Assembly (NCBI GenBank): GCA_023701005.1
Contig: JAMPXW010000003.1
Span: 9,148 to 73,147, forward strand
Source of the DNA: Burkholderiales bacterium
Lineage (GTDB): Bacteria; Patescibacteriota; Minisyncoccia; Phycocordibacterales; UBA9973
Direction: 5' to 3'
Length of the DNA stretch: 64,000 nucleotides
A program made the translations under genes and the position numbers. Positions 45,457 to 56,165 of this stretch are shown here, piece by piece. The notes below the pieces were generated by a model that made no database searches, was not told the DNA's origin, and saw nothing but the letters and a program-made list of their open reading frames with translations. Every line of letters begins with the position of its first letter. Within the stretch, counting starts at the first letter, position 1.

Positions 45457-46837
45457 AAAGTTTCCCTATTTCTTCTGCTGTTTGTCTCTTGCGAGATAAT
45501 TTGACTGCACCATTTTGACAAACGACGAGTGCTGGTTTGGAAAGTAAACAATGATTGTTACCTAAAGTATATTGATATGAACCTGTATCAAAAGCTACCA
45601 AATATAAATCTGTCATCTCTTCTGTAAATTTTGGAAGTAAAACATAATTACCCGAAGAAGTGTATCTATCATCAGAATCACAGGTAGAACCTGCAAGCCA
45701 AACTTTTTGCAAACGGCGAGCATTCAAATGATTGGCTGTGACAAAATGCCATTTGTGATGCACAGGAGACCATGTATCTGTAAGATGAGAAATAAAACTA
45801 CCATCAATAAAATACCATTTCGTGTCTGCTTTTTTAAAAATAGCTTTTTCTCCTAATATCTTAAAAATCGTTATCTGAGATGGAGCGGTAAAATAACTTC
45901 CCCATTCACAAACGAGGTTGGGATGTTTTACTCCGAGCTTATCACTTTCTTTCTTTGCCACCTTTATCATTTGATTAACTAAATTCTTAACTGAAATTAG
46001 TTTCTTTCTTTTTTCATAAGGCACAGCCATACCTCCACCGAAATTTATAGTATCCAAATTTGGATTATGTTGTTTTAATTTTGCATAAAGTTCTATCGCC
46101 CTCTTTAAAGGTTTTATAAAGCCTTCTATCTTCTCATTCTGTGTAGAAATATGATAATGCAGCATAGAAAGATTTCTAACCTTGCCTATCTTCGCCAATT
46201 CATCTTCATCAAAACCAAAATGGTTATATTTCTTATCCCAATGCGCATCAACTTTCAAATCAAGATTTACCCTCAAGCCTACTTCACCTTTAAATTTCTT
46301 GAGTCTTTCCAGTTCACCACTATTTTCTATTATAGGAATAATTAACAAACCCTTGCCTCGAAGCTCTTCGATAAGACTTATGTATTGATCTGTCTTAGGA
46401 CCGTTACAAGTGACTCTAATTTTGCGATTAAATTTATCTTGCTCCAACATCTTTTTAACCAAAGAAAGCTCATTGGCTGAAGAAACCTCAATATGAGCTC
46501 CTTCTGCAATAGCAGGCAAAACAAATTCACGACTCTGATTTGATTTCATCACATAATGGTAATAAAATTTACCTTTGTAATTTAAAATCTTTATATAAGC
46601 ATTAAAAAGTTCTATAAGATCTCGTACTCTGTTCTCAAGAATAAACGGGAAAAATACTTCGGTCACTGTTCCGTATCTTTTTACTATATCCATTATGTTG
46701 TATTGATAGTACCCTTCCTTAACTACCAATTCTCCATTTGCATTTACATCAAAATATTGGGTATTGAATTCATCTTCGCCGAGTTTCCAAAATTTCTTCA
46801 AATTCTTGCTCTGTTTTTTTGTTTTTTTGTTCGCCAT
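45431..46837 (-). CDS. PLP-dependent decarboxylase, Orn/DAP/Arg decarboxylase family (arginine decarboxylase-like)
   Basis: PLP-Lys motif YVMKSNQS, glycine loop INFGGGMAVPY, EWGSYFTAPS. Confidence 0.6.
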   Translation of the reverse strand: MANKKTKKQSKNLKKFWKLGEDEFNTQYFDVNANGELVVKEGYYQYNIMDIVKRYGTVTEVFFPFILENRVRDLIELFNAYIKILNYKGKFYYHYVMKSNQSREFVLPAIAEGAHIEVSSANELSLVKKMLEQDKFNRKIRVTCNGPKTDQYISLIEELRGKGLLIIPIIENSGELERLKKFKGEVGLRVNLDLKVDAHWDKKYNHFGFDEDELAKIGKVRNLSMLHYHISTQNEKIEGFIKPLKRAIELYAKLKQHNPNLDTINFGGGMAVPYEKRKKLISVKNLVNQMIKVAKKESDKLGVKHPNLVCEWGSYFTAPSQITIFKILGEKAIFKKADTKWYFIDGSFISHLTDTWSPVHHKWHFVTANHLNARRLQKVWLAGSTCDSDDRYTSSGNYVLLPKFTEEMTDLYLVAFDTGSYQYTLGNNHCLLSKPALVVCQNGAVKLSRKRQTAEEIGKLFGWNGEHK

Positions 46838-46880
46838 TTAATTGAAAATAATTATACCAGTTTCTCTAGAAAATGCAAAG

Positions 46881-46911
46881 AAAATAAAAATGGCGACTTT
46901 TTACAGTCGCC
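46881..46911 (-). terminator. terminator ggcgact/agtcgcc downstream of 46924-47370
   Basis: 7-bp GC stem, T-run on minus strand. Confidence 0.5.
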
Positions 46912-46923
46912 TATTCCCAAAGA

Positions 46924-47370
46924 TTAATCTCTGTTTAATTTTAAACCTTCATCGTTATGATAAGGCCTCACTTTTTCGAGCTCTTCTTCTCTCGCTATCT
47001 TAAAACAAAGATAGCTAAAATAAAAAACATACAAAAATAGCAAAACAACACCAACGACTTTAAAGTTTTGATAAGACAATATTTCATTCATGAAATAAAT
47101 ATTTCTTTCATTGAACATCATGAATATTCCTATAAAAATTGTAACAACAGAAATTATTCTGGAATGTTCAAACTTCTTTATTCCTATCAAAACAACAAAT
47201 GATAAAAATATAGAAAAACCTGTCATCAAAACCAATGTTACTAATTCTGCCTTAAAATCATTTACAAACATAGTTATAATTAATATAACTGTCGCAAATA
47301 TCATAAAAAAAGCAACAGCATTAAACATTAGTTGAATAAAAAAAGTTTTGTCTCTTTTAAAATGTTCCAT
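46924..47370 (-). CDS. hypothetical membrane protein (4 TM)
   Basis: hydrophobicity only. Confidence 0.4.
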   Translation of the reverse strand: MEHFKRDKTFFIQLMFNAVAFFMIFATVILIITMFVNDFKAELVTLVLMTGFSIFLSFVVLIGIKKFEHSRIISVVTIFIGIFMMFNERNIYFMNEILSYQNFKVVGVVLLFLYVFYFSYLCFKIAREEELEKVRPYHNDEGLKLNRD

Positions 47371-47467
47371 TTACGCCTCCCTGGCTTTTATGTTGTGATT
47401 TTTAGTAAATTATTTAAGAACTTATTTTTATATAAAATACATCCAAAAGCATCTTTTGTCAAATAAA

Positions 47468-48658
47468 TTAAACAATATATTTACTTAAAAATTCTTTTTT
47501 ATATTCAAAGAAATTATCGTCTAAAATAGACTGACGAATGTTATCTACAAGGTGAACTATAAAATATAAATTATGAATTGAAGCTAAGGTGCCTGCCAGC
47601 ATTTCTTTCCCATGAAAAAGATGTGCTATATATGCTTTTGTATAATTCTGACAAGAATAGCATCCACAATCTTTTTCTATTGGAGAATAATCATCTCTAA
47701 ATTTCTTATTTGTAATACTTATCTTGCCTCTATTAGTGTAAATCGTTCCATTTCTTCCAAGACGTGTAGGTAAAACACAATCAAAAAGATCTATTCCATT
47801 TTCTATTCCCATAAAAAGATCTTCTGGCTCCCCTATACCGAGTAAGTGACGGGGCTTTTCTTCTGGCAAAATTTCATTCACCCATTTTACAGCCGAAGAC
47901 ATATCTTCTTTGGCAAAAGATCCACCTATACCAAATCCATCAAAATCCATAGAAGAAATAACTTTAGCACTTTCTTGTCTTAATTTTTTCTCACGTCCCC
48001 CTTGTACTATTCCAAACAATGCCTGACCTCCTCCTAATTTTAAATGTTCAACTAGACTTCTTTCTGCCCAACGATGTGTACGTTCTAAAGCTTCTTCTTG
48101 ATACTTTATATCTTCCGTGGGACTCGTACATTCATCAAAAGCAAAAATAATATCCGCCCCTAAATTGTGTTGTATCTCTATCGATTTCTCAGGAGTAATA
48201 TAATGTATGCTTCCATCTAAATGTGATTTAAAAGAAACACCATCATTCCCTATCTTGGCCAATCTAGGAGCATCATTGTCATCAAAACGTTCTGGAATCA
48301 TTAAAGATGGATCTGTTATTTTTGTTATTTTAGAAATATCTTTTCCATAAGCAGCTCCTAAAGAAAAAACTTGAAAACCACCAGAGTCTGTCATGGTAGG
48401 ACCTTTCCAATTCATAAATTTACCAATACCTCCTGCATCGCGGACTATCTCATCTCCTGGCTGTAAAAATAAATGATAAGTATTGCCTAACACAACTTGC
48501 GTACCAGCATCTTTCACTTGTTCTGGATTTAATGATTTGACTGTAGCTTTCGTTCCGACAGCCACAAAAGAAGGAGTCTTTATTTCTCCATGAGGTGTTT
48601 TTAAAATCCCAGCACGTCCAAGACTATTCTTTAATTTTTTTTCAATTTTAAATTCCAT
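47468..48658 (-). CDS. tgt: queuine tRNA-ribosyltransferase
   Basis: GNTYHL, DSGGFQ, zinc site CGCYSCQNY..H. Confidence 0.9.
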   Translation of the reverse strand: MEFKIEKKLKNSLGRAGILKTPHGEIKTPSFVAVGTKATVKSLNPEQVKDAGTQVVLGNTYHLFLQPGDEIVRDAGGIGKFMNWKGPTMTDSGGFQVFSLGAAYGKDISKITKITDPSLMIPERFDDNDAPRLAKIGNDGVSFKSHLDGSIHYITPEKSIEIQHNLGADIIFAFDECTSPTEDIKYQEEALERTHRWAERSLVEHLKLGGGQALFGIVQGGREKKLRQESAKVISSMDFDGFGIGGSFAKEDMSSAVKWVNEILPEEKPRHLLGIGEPEDLFMGIENGIDLFDCVLPTRLGRNGTIYTNRGKISITNKKFRDDYSPIEKDCGCYSCQNYTKAYIAHLFHGKEMLAGTLASIHNLYFIVHLVDNIRQSILDDNFFEYKKEFLSKYIV

Positions 48659-48661
48659 TAT

Positions 48662-49483
48662 TTATTTTTCTACCTGCACAAATTTCAATTCAAAAATATT
48701 TATTGGACTTATGAGTAATGCTTTTTGAAAAGAATCTCTCGGATCAGAAATGATTGTCTCTACTGTGCCTATCACATGTGATGTTATCCCTGGCAAAACA
48801 ACCTCTGTCCCGTTTTGTAAAACAAAATCTCTAGGTAAAATCATTTCAAAATTTCCTCCACCTCTACCTACGACTTGCATAAAAGTATCTCCGCCTAGGC
48901 TCGTGCTAGTCGAGACTGGACTACCAGAAACAACAACTTCTGTCTTTTCTCCTGGGTTAGAGTATAAAACTACTTTTGAAGATCTAGGATACACCTCTTT
49001 TATATAACCAACAGGGGTATCACCTAATACTAAAACTTTTTGTCCTTCCACCACTCCATCTTTTGTTCCAATATCTATGATCAATGTATCATAAGGTGAT
49101 TGATTTGGCTTAGATAAAATACTACCTAAAATTAAATTTTTATTTTCTTGTTTACGATTAAGAATTTCTTTTATTTTTAAATTTTCGTCTGAAAGAGTAT
49201 CATAATTTGTCATTCTCGCATTATTCTCATCTAATTTTAATTTTAGACTTTCATTTTCTGCTACCAATGCTTTTTTAGATTTTAAATAAGGACCAAAATT
49301 AGAAATCTTCATACTAAAATTATTTCCTAAAGAAATAACTGGTCTAAAAATTATATTAGAAACATATGATAAACCATCAAAAACTCCATTTTTTAAAAAA
49401 ATTAGAATAAACAAAACTACAACAAAAATTGAATATTTTAACCATCTATTTCTTTTTATTTTTCTATCTAGGAGGTAATTCAT
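48662..49483 (-). CDS. mreC: rod shape-determining protein MreC
   Basis: N-terminal TM, coiled coil, C-terminal beta domain; directly downstream of mreB. Confidence 0.7.
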   Translation of the reverse strand: MNYLLDRKIKRNRWLKYSIFVVVLFILIFLKNGVFDGLSYVSNIIFRPVISLGNNFSMKISNFGPYLKSKKALVAENESLKLKLDENNARMTNYDTLSDENLKIKEILNRKQENKNLILGSILSKPNQSPYDTLIIDIGTKDGVVEGQKVLVLGDTPVGYIKEVYPRSSKVVLYSNPGEKTEVVVSGSPVSTSTSLGGDTFMQVVGRGGGNFEMILPRDFVLQNGTEVVLPGITSHVIGTVETIISDPRDSFQKALLISPINIFELKFVQVEK

Positions 49484-50531
49484 CTTGATTCCCTATTAAA
49501 ACTTCTTTGAAAGATTCAATATCATCTAAAACAACTCCAGTACCTCGAGCCACAGCAGAAAGAGGATCTTCTACTACATAGACAGGCATTTTCAAAACAG
49601 TTTGTAAAAGTTCTCCTAACCCTGGCAAAAGAGCTCCACCGCCAGACAATGTTATTCCTCTGTGCATTATGTCAGACAAAATCTCAGGAGGTGTCGTTTC
49701 CAAAACATCTTTTACGCCTTCTACTAGCTCTTTTACAGACTGAGCTAGGGCTTCACGAATATCAGAATCAGTGACGACAACTTCACGAGGAAGACCAGTC
49801 AACAGATCACGCCCACGAACTTCTGTCTCCATGTATTCTCCTGGCAAAACAGAACCTATGACCATCTTTACCATCTCAGCTGTAGTCTCTCCGATAAGAA
49901 TTTTGAATTCATCACGCATGTAAGTAATGATGTCATTGTTGAATCTATCTCCAGCAATTTTAAGATTTTTTGATTTTACAATTCCACCAAGAGAAATAAC
50001 TGCAATATCAGTCGTCCCTCCACCTATGTCTATAATCATAGAACCAACTGGATCTTTAATAGGAAGCCTCACACCTATGGCTGCAGCCATAGGCTCTTCT
50101 ATTAAAAATACTTCTCTAGCCCCAGCTGAACGTGCTGCATCATACACAGCCCTCGTCTCCACATTTGTGGTACCAGAAGGCACTCCGACGATCACACGAG
50201 GTCTGGTAAATTTCTTCGACATTTTATTTGCTTTATTTATAAGATAAGAAAGCATTTCTTCTGTCACTTCAAAATCTGAGACCACCCCATCTACAAGAGG
50301 ACGTACTGCTTTGATATGTCCCGGAGTTCTTCCAAGCATTTCCTTTGCTTTTTCACCAACTGCAAGAATTTGATTTGTCTTTATATTTACAGCGACGACT
50401 GATGGCTCATTTATTACTATTCCATGTCCTTTCAAATAAACTAAAGTATTAGAAGTACCTAAATCTATTCCAATATCATTGGAAACTAATTCATAAAATC
50501 TTTCAATCATTTTACTTGGAGTTCTAGGCAT
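49464..50531 (-). CDS. mreB: rod shape-determining protein MreB (actin homologue)
   Basis: DLGTSNTLVY phosphate-1, IDIGGGTTD phosphate-2, adenosine motif. Confidence 0.92.
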   Translation of the reverse strand: MPRTPSKMIERFYELVSNDIGIDLGTSNTLVYLKGHGIVINEPSVVAVNIKTNQILAVGEKAKEMLGRTPGHIKAVRPLVDGVVSDFEVTEEMLSYLINKANKMSKKFTRPRVIVGVPSGTTNVETRAVYDAARSAGAREVFLIEEPMAAAIGVRLPIKDPVGSMIIDIGGGTTDIAVISLGGIVKSKNLKIAGDRFNNDIITYMRDEFKILIGETTAEMVKMVIGSVLPGEYMETEVRGRDLLTGLPREVVVTDSDIREALAQSVKELVEGVKDVLETTPPEILSDIMHRGITLSGGGALLPGLGELLQTVLKMPVYVVEDPLSAVARGTGVVLDDIESFKEVLIGNQDELPPR

Positions 50532-51783
50532 TTGATTTTAATAAAATTAATAATTCATCCAAAGAAATAACTTTACCTTTCTCTTCATTTCTCTTTTTTA
50601 TTTCAATCCCATTTTCTTTCATACTTCTAGAAGAAACTACAGCTCTGTAAGGCATACCTAAAAGATCAGCATCTGCAAATTTTTCACCAGGAGAAACTCC
50701 AATTCTATCATCAAAAATAACTTCTATTTTATTTTTCAATAAAGATTCATAAACTTTTTCTGCTTCATTCTTCACATTTTCATCATCTCCTAGTAAAAGC
50801 AAATGAACTTTATAAGGAGCTATAGATTCTGGCCAAATTATACCTTTGTCGTCTGCCAGAGCTTCCACAACTGTTCCCATCAACCTACCAAGCCCAATAC
50901 CATAACTACCCATTATTACTAGCCTATCTTCCCCATTTTCATTTTTGTATTTCAAGTCAAAAGGTTCAGAAAATTTAGTACCTAATGAAAAAATATTACC
51001 AACTTCAACTGCTTTTTGTTCAACCAAATTTTCTCTTTTTAAATTTAATGATTCTAATACTTCATCGTTCAAAACTTCCTTATTTACAGCAATTCCAGAA
51101 TTCTCATCTAAATAAATAGTATCTTCCCCAACAGAACTCACTGTCTGAAATTCATGAGAGAATTTTGAAAAACTTCCTCCTGTCGCAAAAGTAAGATAAG
51201 TCAAATGTCCAATGCCAGCTCTTTTAAAAATATTCTGATAAGCCATTTTAGCTTTTTCATAAAATTCGTTATGTTCCTTTTCGTCTTTAGAAAAAGAATA
51301 AAGAGCTTTCCAATAAAATTCTCTGCCACGCATAATTCCAGACTTACTTCTAACCTCGTTTCTAAAAATTTCTTTAAAATCATAAGGATAAACTGGTAAG
51401 TCTTTATAAGAACTTATGTATTGTTTTAAAATATTTGAATAAGCTTCTTCGTTAGTAAACGACAAGCCTATCTCTCCTCCACTTTTTAATTTTGTTTTAA
51501 ACCAAACATCAACTACTTCATCATCCCAGCGATTTGATTTTTCCCATATTTCCTTATTCTGAAAAACTGTAGTCTTCATTTCTTGACCACCAATAGCATC
51601 CATCTCTTCGCGAATTATATTTTCTATCTTTTCTATAACACGCAAACCAAGAGGCAGAAAGCTATATACCCCTGCCATCTCTTTATAAATAAATCCTCCA
51701 CGAATAAGAAGCTCAGCATTTTTTGATACTTCGTCTGAAGGAGCTTCCTTTTTTGTTCTAGTGAAAAGTTTAGATTGTCTCAT
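50524..51783 (-). CDS. proS: prolyl-tRNA synthetase (short form without editing insertion)
   Basis: class II motifs, GVYSFLPLGLRV, FRNEVRSKSGIMRGREF, anticodon-binding C-domain. Confidence 0.8.
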   Translation of the reverse strand: MRQSKLFTRTKKEAPSDEVSKNAELLIRGGFIYKEMAGVYSFLPLGLRVIEKIENIIREEMDAIGGQEMKTTVFQNKEIWEKSNRWDDEVVDVWFKTKLKSGGEIGLSFTNEEAYSNILKQYISSYKDLPVYPYDFKEIFRNEVRSKSGIMRGREFYWKALYSFSKDEKEHNEFYEKAKMAYQNIFKRAGIGHLTYLTFATGGSFSKFSHEFQTVSSVGEDTIYLDENSGIAVNKEVLNDEVLESLNLKRENLVEQKAVEVGNIFSLGTKFSEPFDLKYKNENGEDRLVIMGSYGIGLGRLMGTVVEALADDKGIIWPESIAPYKVHLLLLGDDENVKNEAEKVYESLLKNKIEVIFDDRIGVSPGEKFADADLLGMPYRAVVSSRSMKENGIEIKKRNEEKGKVISLDELLILLKSNA

Positions 51784-51866
51784 CCCCCCATATTACCCGA
51801 AAAAACTCTTTTTTGCAAAATTTTATAGCATTTGCAAAAGTGTCCATATTCTGCTAGAATAATCTC

Positions 51867-52592
51867 ATGCAAAAAGTAAAAAATGATAATATAAATAGTA
51901 ATATAAGCGTAGAAAAGATGTTCGAAGCAGGAGCACACTACGGCTATGGCAAACAAAGAAGACACCCTTCTGTTTCTTCTTATATATACGCCACAAAAAA
52001 CAATAGTGATATTATAGACCTAGAAAAATCAAGTGTTATGTTAGAAGAAGCAATGGAGTTTGCAAAAGACCTAGGATCTAGAAACAAGACCATTTTATTC
52101 GTTGGAACAAAACCAGAAGCGAGAGAAGTCATGAAAAATGCTGCGTTGAGTTTAAATATGCCATACGTAGATACTCGTTGGATAGGTGGAACTTTAAGTA
52201 ATTTCATAGAAATAAAGAAAAGAATAGCTGAATTAGAAAAATACAACAAAGAAAGCGTAGATGGAGGTTTAGATAAATATACAAAGAAAGAAAGAGTCGT
52301 TATGGCAAAGAAAATGGAAAAACTTTCAAAATATTACACTGGTTTAATAGGTTTGAAGAAAACTCCAGATGCTTTGTTTATAATCGATTCCAAGGGTGAA
52401 CACATCGCAGCCACAGAAGCTAAAAAGTCTGACGTTCCTGTAATAGCATTAGCAAATTCTGATTCAAACATAAAAAGCATCGACTACCCTATCGTCGGCA
52501 ATGATTCTGGTATCCCATCTATTAAATTTTTCACTAATGCTATAGTTAGTGCTTATAAAGGAGGCCAAATGTCTCTACCTAATAATAAATAA
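51867..52592 (+). CDS. rpsB: 30S ribosomal protein S2
   Basis: MFEAGAHYGYGKQRRHP, FIIDSKGEHIAATEAKK. Confidence 0.9.
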   Translation: MQKVKNDNINSNISVEKMFEAGAHYGYGKQRRHPSVSSYIYATKNNSDIIDLEKSSVMLEEAMEFAKDLGSRNKTILFVGTKPEAREVMKNAALSLNMPYVDTRWIGGTLSNFIEIKKRIAELEKYNKESVDGGLDKYTKKERVVMAKKMEKLSKYYTGLIGLKKTPDALFIIDSKGEHIAATEAKKSDVPVIALANSDSNIKSIDYPIVGNDSGIPSIKFFTNAIVSAYKGGQMSLPNNK

Positions 52593-52596
52593 AAAT

Positions 52597-53376
52597 ATGT
52601 CTCAAGAAATAACTACTAAGTTGATAAAGGAACTTAGAGATGCTACCGGCATCTCTGTTATGCAATGTAAAAATGCTCTAGAAGAAGCACAAGGAGATAC
52701 AGAAAAAGCTTTAGCTATATTAAAAAAGATTAGTTCTGACATAGCATTAAAGAAATCCAGCAGAGAGGTAAAAGATGGAAGAGTCTGTGTAAAATCAGGA
52801 AATAATAAAAGTGTTCTAGTAGCTTTACATTGCGAAACTGATTTCGTCTCCAAAAACGAAGATTTCGTAAATTTACTCACAAATCTAACCGAAAAAGCTT
52901 TTGCTAACGGTATAGATAAAATGAAAGAAGAAGCAAAAGAATTAATTGACCTTATAATCCAAAAAACTGGTGAAAACATAGAACTTGGAGAAGCATACGA
53001 AGTAAATGGATCTGTATTAGGAAACTATATACATAACAACAAATCTGCTGTCATCGTGTCTCTAGAGGGCGGAAATGAAGAATTAGCACGTGATATAGCA
53101 ATGCATATAACAGCAATGAAACCAGAATATATCTTTAAAGAAGATATTACTGAAGAAACTAAAAAGATAATGACAGAAATATTCGAAAAGGAAGTTGCAA
53201 ATATAGACAAACCAGAAGACATAAAGAAAAAAATGCTAGAAGGCAAAATAAATACTTATTTTAAAGAAAAAACACTACTTGACCAAGTATTTATAAAAGA
53301 CGGCAACGAAACAATAAATAGTTTGTTAAATAAAAACAAAGCACAAATAAAAGAAGTAAAACGTTATTCAATATAA
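52597..53376 (+). CDS. tsf: elongation factor Ts
   Basis: UBA-like N-term LIKELRDATGISVMQCKNALEEAQGD; start set at MSQEITTK. Confidence 0.88.
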   Translation: MSQEITTKLIKELRDATGISVMQCKNALEEAQGDTEKALAILKKISSDIALKKSSREVKDGRVCVKSGNNKSVLVALHCETDFVSKNEDFVNLLTNLTEKAFANGIDKMKEEAKELIDLIIQKTGENIELGEAYEVNGSVLGNYIHNNKSAVIVSLEGGNEELARDIAMHITAMKPEYIFKEDITEETKKIMTEIFEKEVANIDKPEDIKKKMLEGKINTYFKEKTLLDQVFIKDGNETINSLLNKNKAQIKEVKRYSI

Positions 53377-53382
53377 TAATAT

Positions 53383-53802
53383 ATGTATACGCCTTTAATT
53401 TTTTTCTTTATATCTCTAGCGGGTATCGTCATAATGATATGGCGAGAGCTAGTACTTGTCAGAAACGGTACAATAATTAAAGCACAACACTATTCTCATC
53501 CTTTTGTTTTAGATTTAGAAAAAATAAAATACCTAACATATAAAAATTTAAAGAGATTTAGTTATATAGCACTCTTTGTAACACTCAGATTCTTTATCAA
53601 ATCTTCTAATTTCTTAAAAACAAAAGGAAAGATAACGTTGGAAAAGTTAGCAACAAAAATAAGAAAAAGTAAATTAGGAAGAAAAAGTGAAGCATTAGAA
53701 AAGAAAGAAGTTTCTAAATATCTGAGAGTCATATCAGAATATAGACAAAAGATAAGACAAATGAAACACAGAATAAAAGAAGAAGAAGGAATAGAAGAAT
53801 AG
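53383..53802 (+). CDS. hypothetical membrane-anchored Lys-rich protein
   Basis: ORF only. Confidence 0.4.
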   Translation: MYTPLIFFFISLAGIVIMIWRELVLVRNGTIIKAQHYSHPFVLDLEKIKYLTYKNLKRFSYIALFVTLRFFIKSSNFLKTKGKITLEKLATKIRKSKLGRKSEALEKKEVSKYLRVISEYRQKIRQMKHRIKEEEGIEE

Positions 53803-53842
53803 TTGAAAAAATAAAATAAAATTGGTAGTATGTGATGAGTAA

Positions 53843-53915
53843 GCCGCCTTAGCTCAGTTGGTAGAGCAACGCTTTTGTAAAGCGAAGGTCCTCAGTTCAA
53901 ATCTGAGAGGCGGCT
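53843..53915 (+). tRNA. tRNA-Thr(UGU)
   Basis: GCCGCCT acceptor/AGGCGGC, D-arm GCTC-AGTTGGTA-GAGC, anticodon loop TTTGTAA, T-loop TTCAAAT; parallels E. coli tRNA-Thr. Confidence 0.85.
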
Positions 53916-53926
53916 CAAAAACAATA

Positions 53927-53955
53927 AAAGCCTACGTAAAACGTAGGCTTTTATT
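53927..53955 (+). terminator. terminator after tRNA-Thr
   Basis: aagcctacg-taaaa-cgtaggctt + T-run. Confidence 0.65.
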
Positions 53956-53968
53956 ATAAATACTCTAT

Positions 53969-54667
53969 TTATTTCTTTATAGTGGTTGTTTCTTTTTCAG
54001 GTTTTACTTCTTGTAATTTAAAAGATTCTTTCACCTTAGATTCAAGCTCTTCTACTCCATGGAACCCTGTCATCACTTCTTCGTCGATTACCAAAGCAGG
54101 AAGCTTCGTATCTTCTATTTTATATATTTTGAGCATTGATTTAACAGCAGACAAATCAATACTATAATCAAAAGAATATACCCTAAGTTCTGGATATTTG
54201 TCTCTTAGAGAAGAAAGAGCAAGTCCTTCCCTTTCACATTCACTACAATTCTCTGCTGTGGTATAAAAATACAAAATAAATGCTGCTTTTTTACCACAAC
54301 GAGCTGATATCTTTTTAGATAACAAATAATCTTTTATTTGCAAAAGAGAATAATATTTTTTCAAATACAAAACTGTATCTGTCATTCCTAGATTTTCTTG
54401 TCCCCATTCCAATTTCTTTGCAAGTTCTCCAAGCTCTCCAGAAAGAACGGAATCAGAAATATTCTTACAAGAAAGTTCTGAAAGTAAAGAAAATTGTGTC
54501 TCTGAAGATAAAATATCTATAGATATTTTATCTTGAATTAATTTTAATTGATCTACTTTTTTATTACTAAAATAATTACTAATATAAGAAGCACTTAAAA
54601 ATATACCTGCTGTAAACAAAAAAACTATTAAATACTTTTTCCAATCTATGTGATGATTTTGTTCCAT
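53969..54667 (-). CDS. membrane-anchored protein with thioredoxin-like CxxC (CSEC) region
   Basis: N-terminal TM; AAFILYFYTTAENCSECERE; weak fold inference. Confidence 0.35.
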   Translation of the reverse strand: MEQNHHIDWKKYLIVFLFTAGIFLSASYISNYFSNKKVDQLKLIQDKISIDILSSETQFSLLSELSCKNISDSVLSGELGELAKKLEWGQENLGMTDTVLYLKKYYSLLQIKDYLLSKKISARCGKKAAFILYFYTTAENCSECEREGLALSSLRDKYPELRVYSFDYSIDLSAVKSMLKIYKIEDTKLPALVIDEEVMTGFHGVEELESKVKESFKLQEVKPEKETTTIKK

Positions 54668-54717
54668 TTTTTTAATCTAATTTTAACTTTATAAGCTTTA
54701 TAACTTTCTACTATTAA

Positions 54718-55962
54718 TTATCTCCAAGCTGGTTTCCTCGACAAAAGAGTGTTGTACACTGCTTTCAAAAGCCAAAAAGGTCCTATAACACTAAAAATAA
54801 CAAGGAAATATATTATATTAAAAGAAAATTTCCATTTTCCATCTATCATTTTCTTTCCTAAGATTATAGAAAATATAATCATGACAAACAACAACATTGA
54901 TATAAAAGACAGTGACTGAGTATTTATAAAAAAGGGATCTAGAAAGTCAGAGTTAAAATTAAAATTAAAACCTATGGTCTTGTATTCTATAAACTTAGAT
55001 AATAAGAAATTACCAAGATTATATATCATCTTTCCAAAAAGATAACTAGCAGCAAAAACAGAAAGCACGCCAGACGGAACTGTAAAAACAGAAAAATTAC
55101 CATACTTTTTTCTAAAAAGAATATTTCTGTAGTCAATAGTATTATTTATAAAACCATAAATCCAGCGAAGCCTTTGTTTATAAAGTTTTATTACTGTAGG
55201 TGGTGTACCAGTATAAACATAAGCATCATTACATTGTTCTATTTTGTAATGATTCTTCTGCATTCTGTAAGCTATCTCCATATCTTCTGTATTGTGAGCA
55301 TGACGATATGGCCCCAAGTCATCAAATACTTTCTTTCTAAATATGGTCAAAGGCCCAGGGGTCACATGTATTCCACCCACCAATCCAAGCATTTTCTTAA
55401 TATAAACAGACATCTCATATTCTATTTCTTGAGCATGTTGAATCATATTTTTTGAATTTACTGCAACAATAGAAGGAGCTACAGCCATAATGCTCGAATC
55501 TTTTTCAAAATAACTCATTATTCTTATTAATGACTCTTTGTCTGCCACCGAATCAGCATCAAGGCAACCGACAAAATCTGTCTCTATGTGTTCAAGCCCT
55601 AAATTTAAAGCAGTGTGTTTACCTCCATTTTCTTTATGAAAAATCTTTACATTAGAAAATTCAGAAAATTTTTGAATAGCCTCCCATGTCTTATCAGTCG
55701 AACCATCATCAATCAAAAATATTTTTAATTTATCTTTCGGATAATTTAAACTAAGAAGTGATTGCACTGTCTTGTCGATAGTCTTTTCTTCATTCCAAGA
55801 AGGTACTATCACTGTGACTTTTGGATAGTCTTTTAATTCGATAGGACCATTCCTAACAACTATTTTCTTTCTATTTTCAAAGAAAGTAATCAAAAAAAAT
55901 ACCTGCACGTATACAGACAAAAACGTCAAACTATAGAAGACTATTTCAGAAAATGAAGTCAT
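54718..55962 (-). CDS. processive family-2 glycosyltransferase (PgaC/IcaA/cellulose-synthase-like) with C-terminal TM helices
   Basis: VTVIVPSWNEE..., DDGSTD, DADS, QRLRW (QxxRW) motifs. Confidence 0.75.
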   Translation of the reverse strand: MTSFSEIVFYSLTFLSVYVQVFFLITFFENRKKIVVRNGPIELKDYPKVTVIVPSWNEEKTIDKTVQSLLSLNYPKDKLKIFLIDDGSTDKTWEAIQKFSEFSNVKIFHKENGGKHTALNLGLEHIETDFVGCLDADSVADKESLIRIMSYFEKDSSIMAVAPSIVAVNSKNMIQHAQEIEYEMSVYIKKMLGLVGGIHVTPGPLTIFRKKVFDDLGPYRHAHNTEDMEIAYRMQKNHYKIEQCNDAYVYTGTPPTVIKLYKQRLRWIYGFINNTIDYRNILFRKKYGNFSVFTVPSGVLSVFAASYLFGKMIYNLGNFLLSKFIEYKTIGFNFNFNSDFLDPFFINTQSLSFISMLLFVMIIFSIILGKKMIDGKWKFSFNIIYFLVIFSVIGPFWLLKAVYNTLLSRKPAWR

Positions 55963-56064
55963 ATTTATCTATATAATATAACATTTTTTAAGAAAAAAGC
56001 AACAAAAAAATACAAATTAGTGCTTTCTAATAAAAAAACCTAAAAAGAAAGTTTTTAAGGGGTT

Positions 56065-56084
56065 TCGAGGCTGACGAGCCGAGA
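56065..56084. repeat. intergenic copy of GC-rich family-2 core (tcgaggctgacgagccgaga)
   Basis: 20-nt match to fmt insert core at 8341-8360. Confidence 0.5.
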
Positions 56085-56165
56085 ATTTCAGGATTTTTTA
56101 AGCTTCAAAAAATCCGTACCGACAAAAACTTTGCTTTTTAGGTTTTTAAATTATTATATTTAAAA

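Noticed and set aside
53843-53915. Possibility that this tRNA and the intron-containing tRNA are both Thr(UGU)
   Set aside because: An alternative splice junction two nt downstream gives loop CUGUUAA with discriminator G, matching Asn arm by arm. The duplicate-Thr reading is less parsimonious, but it is kept as a stated alternative.
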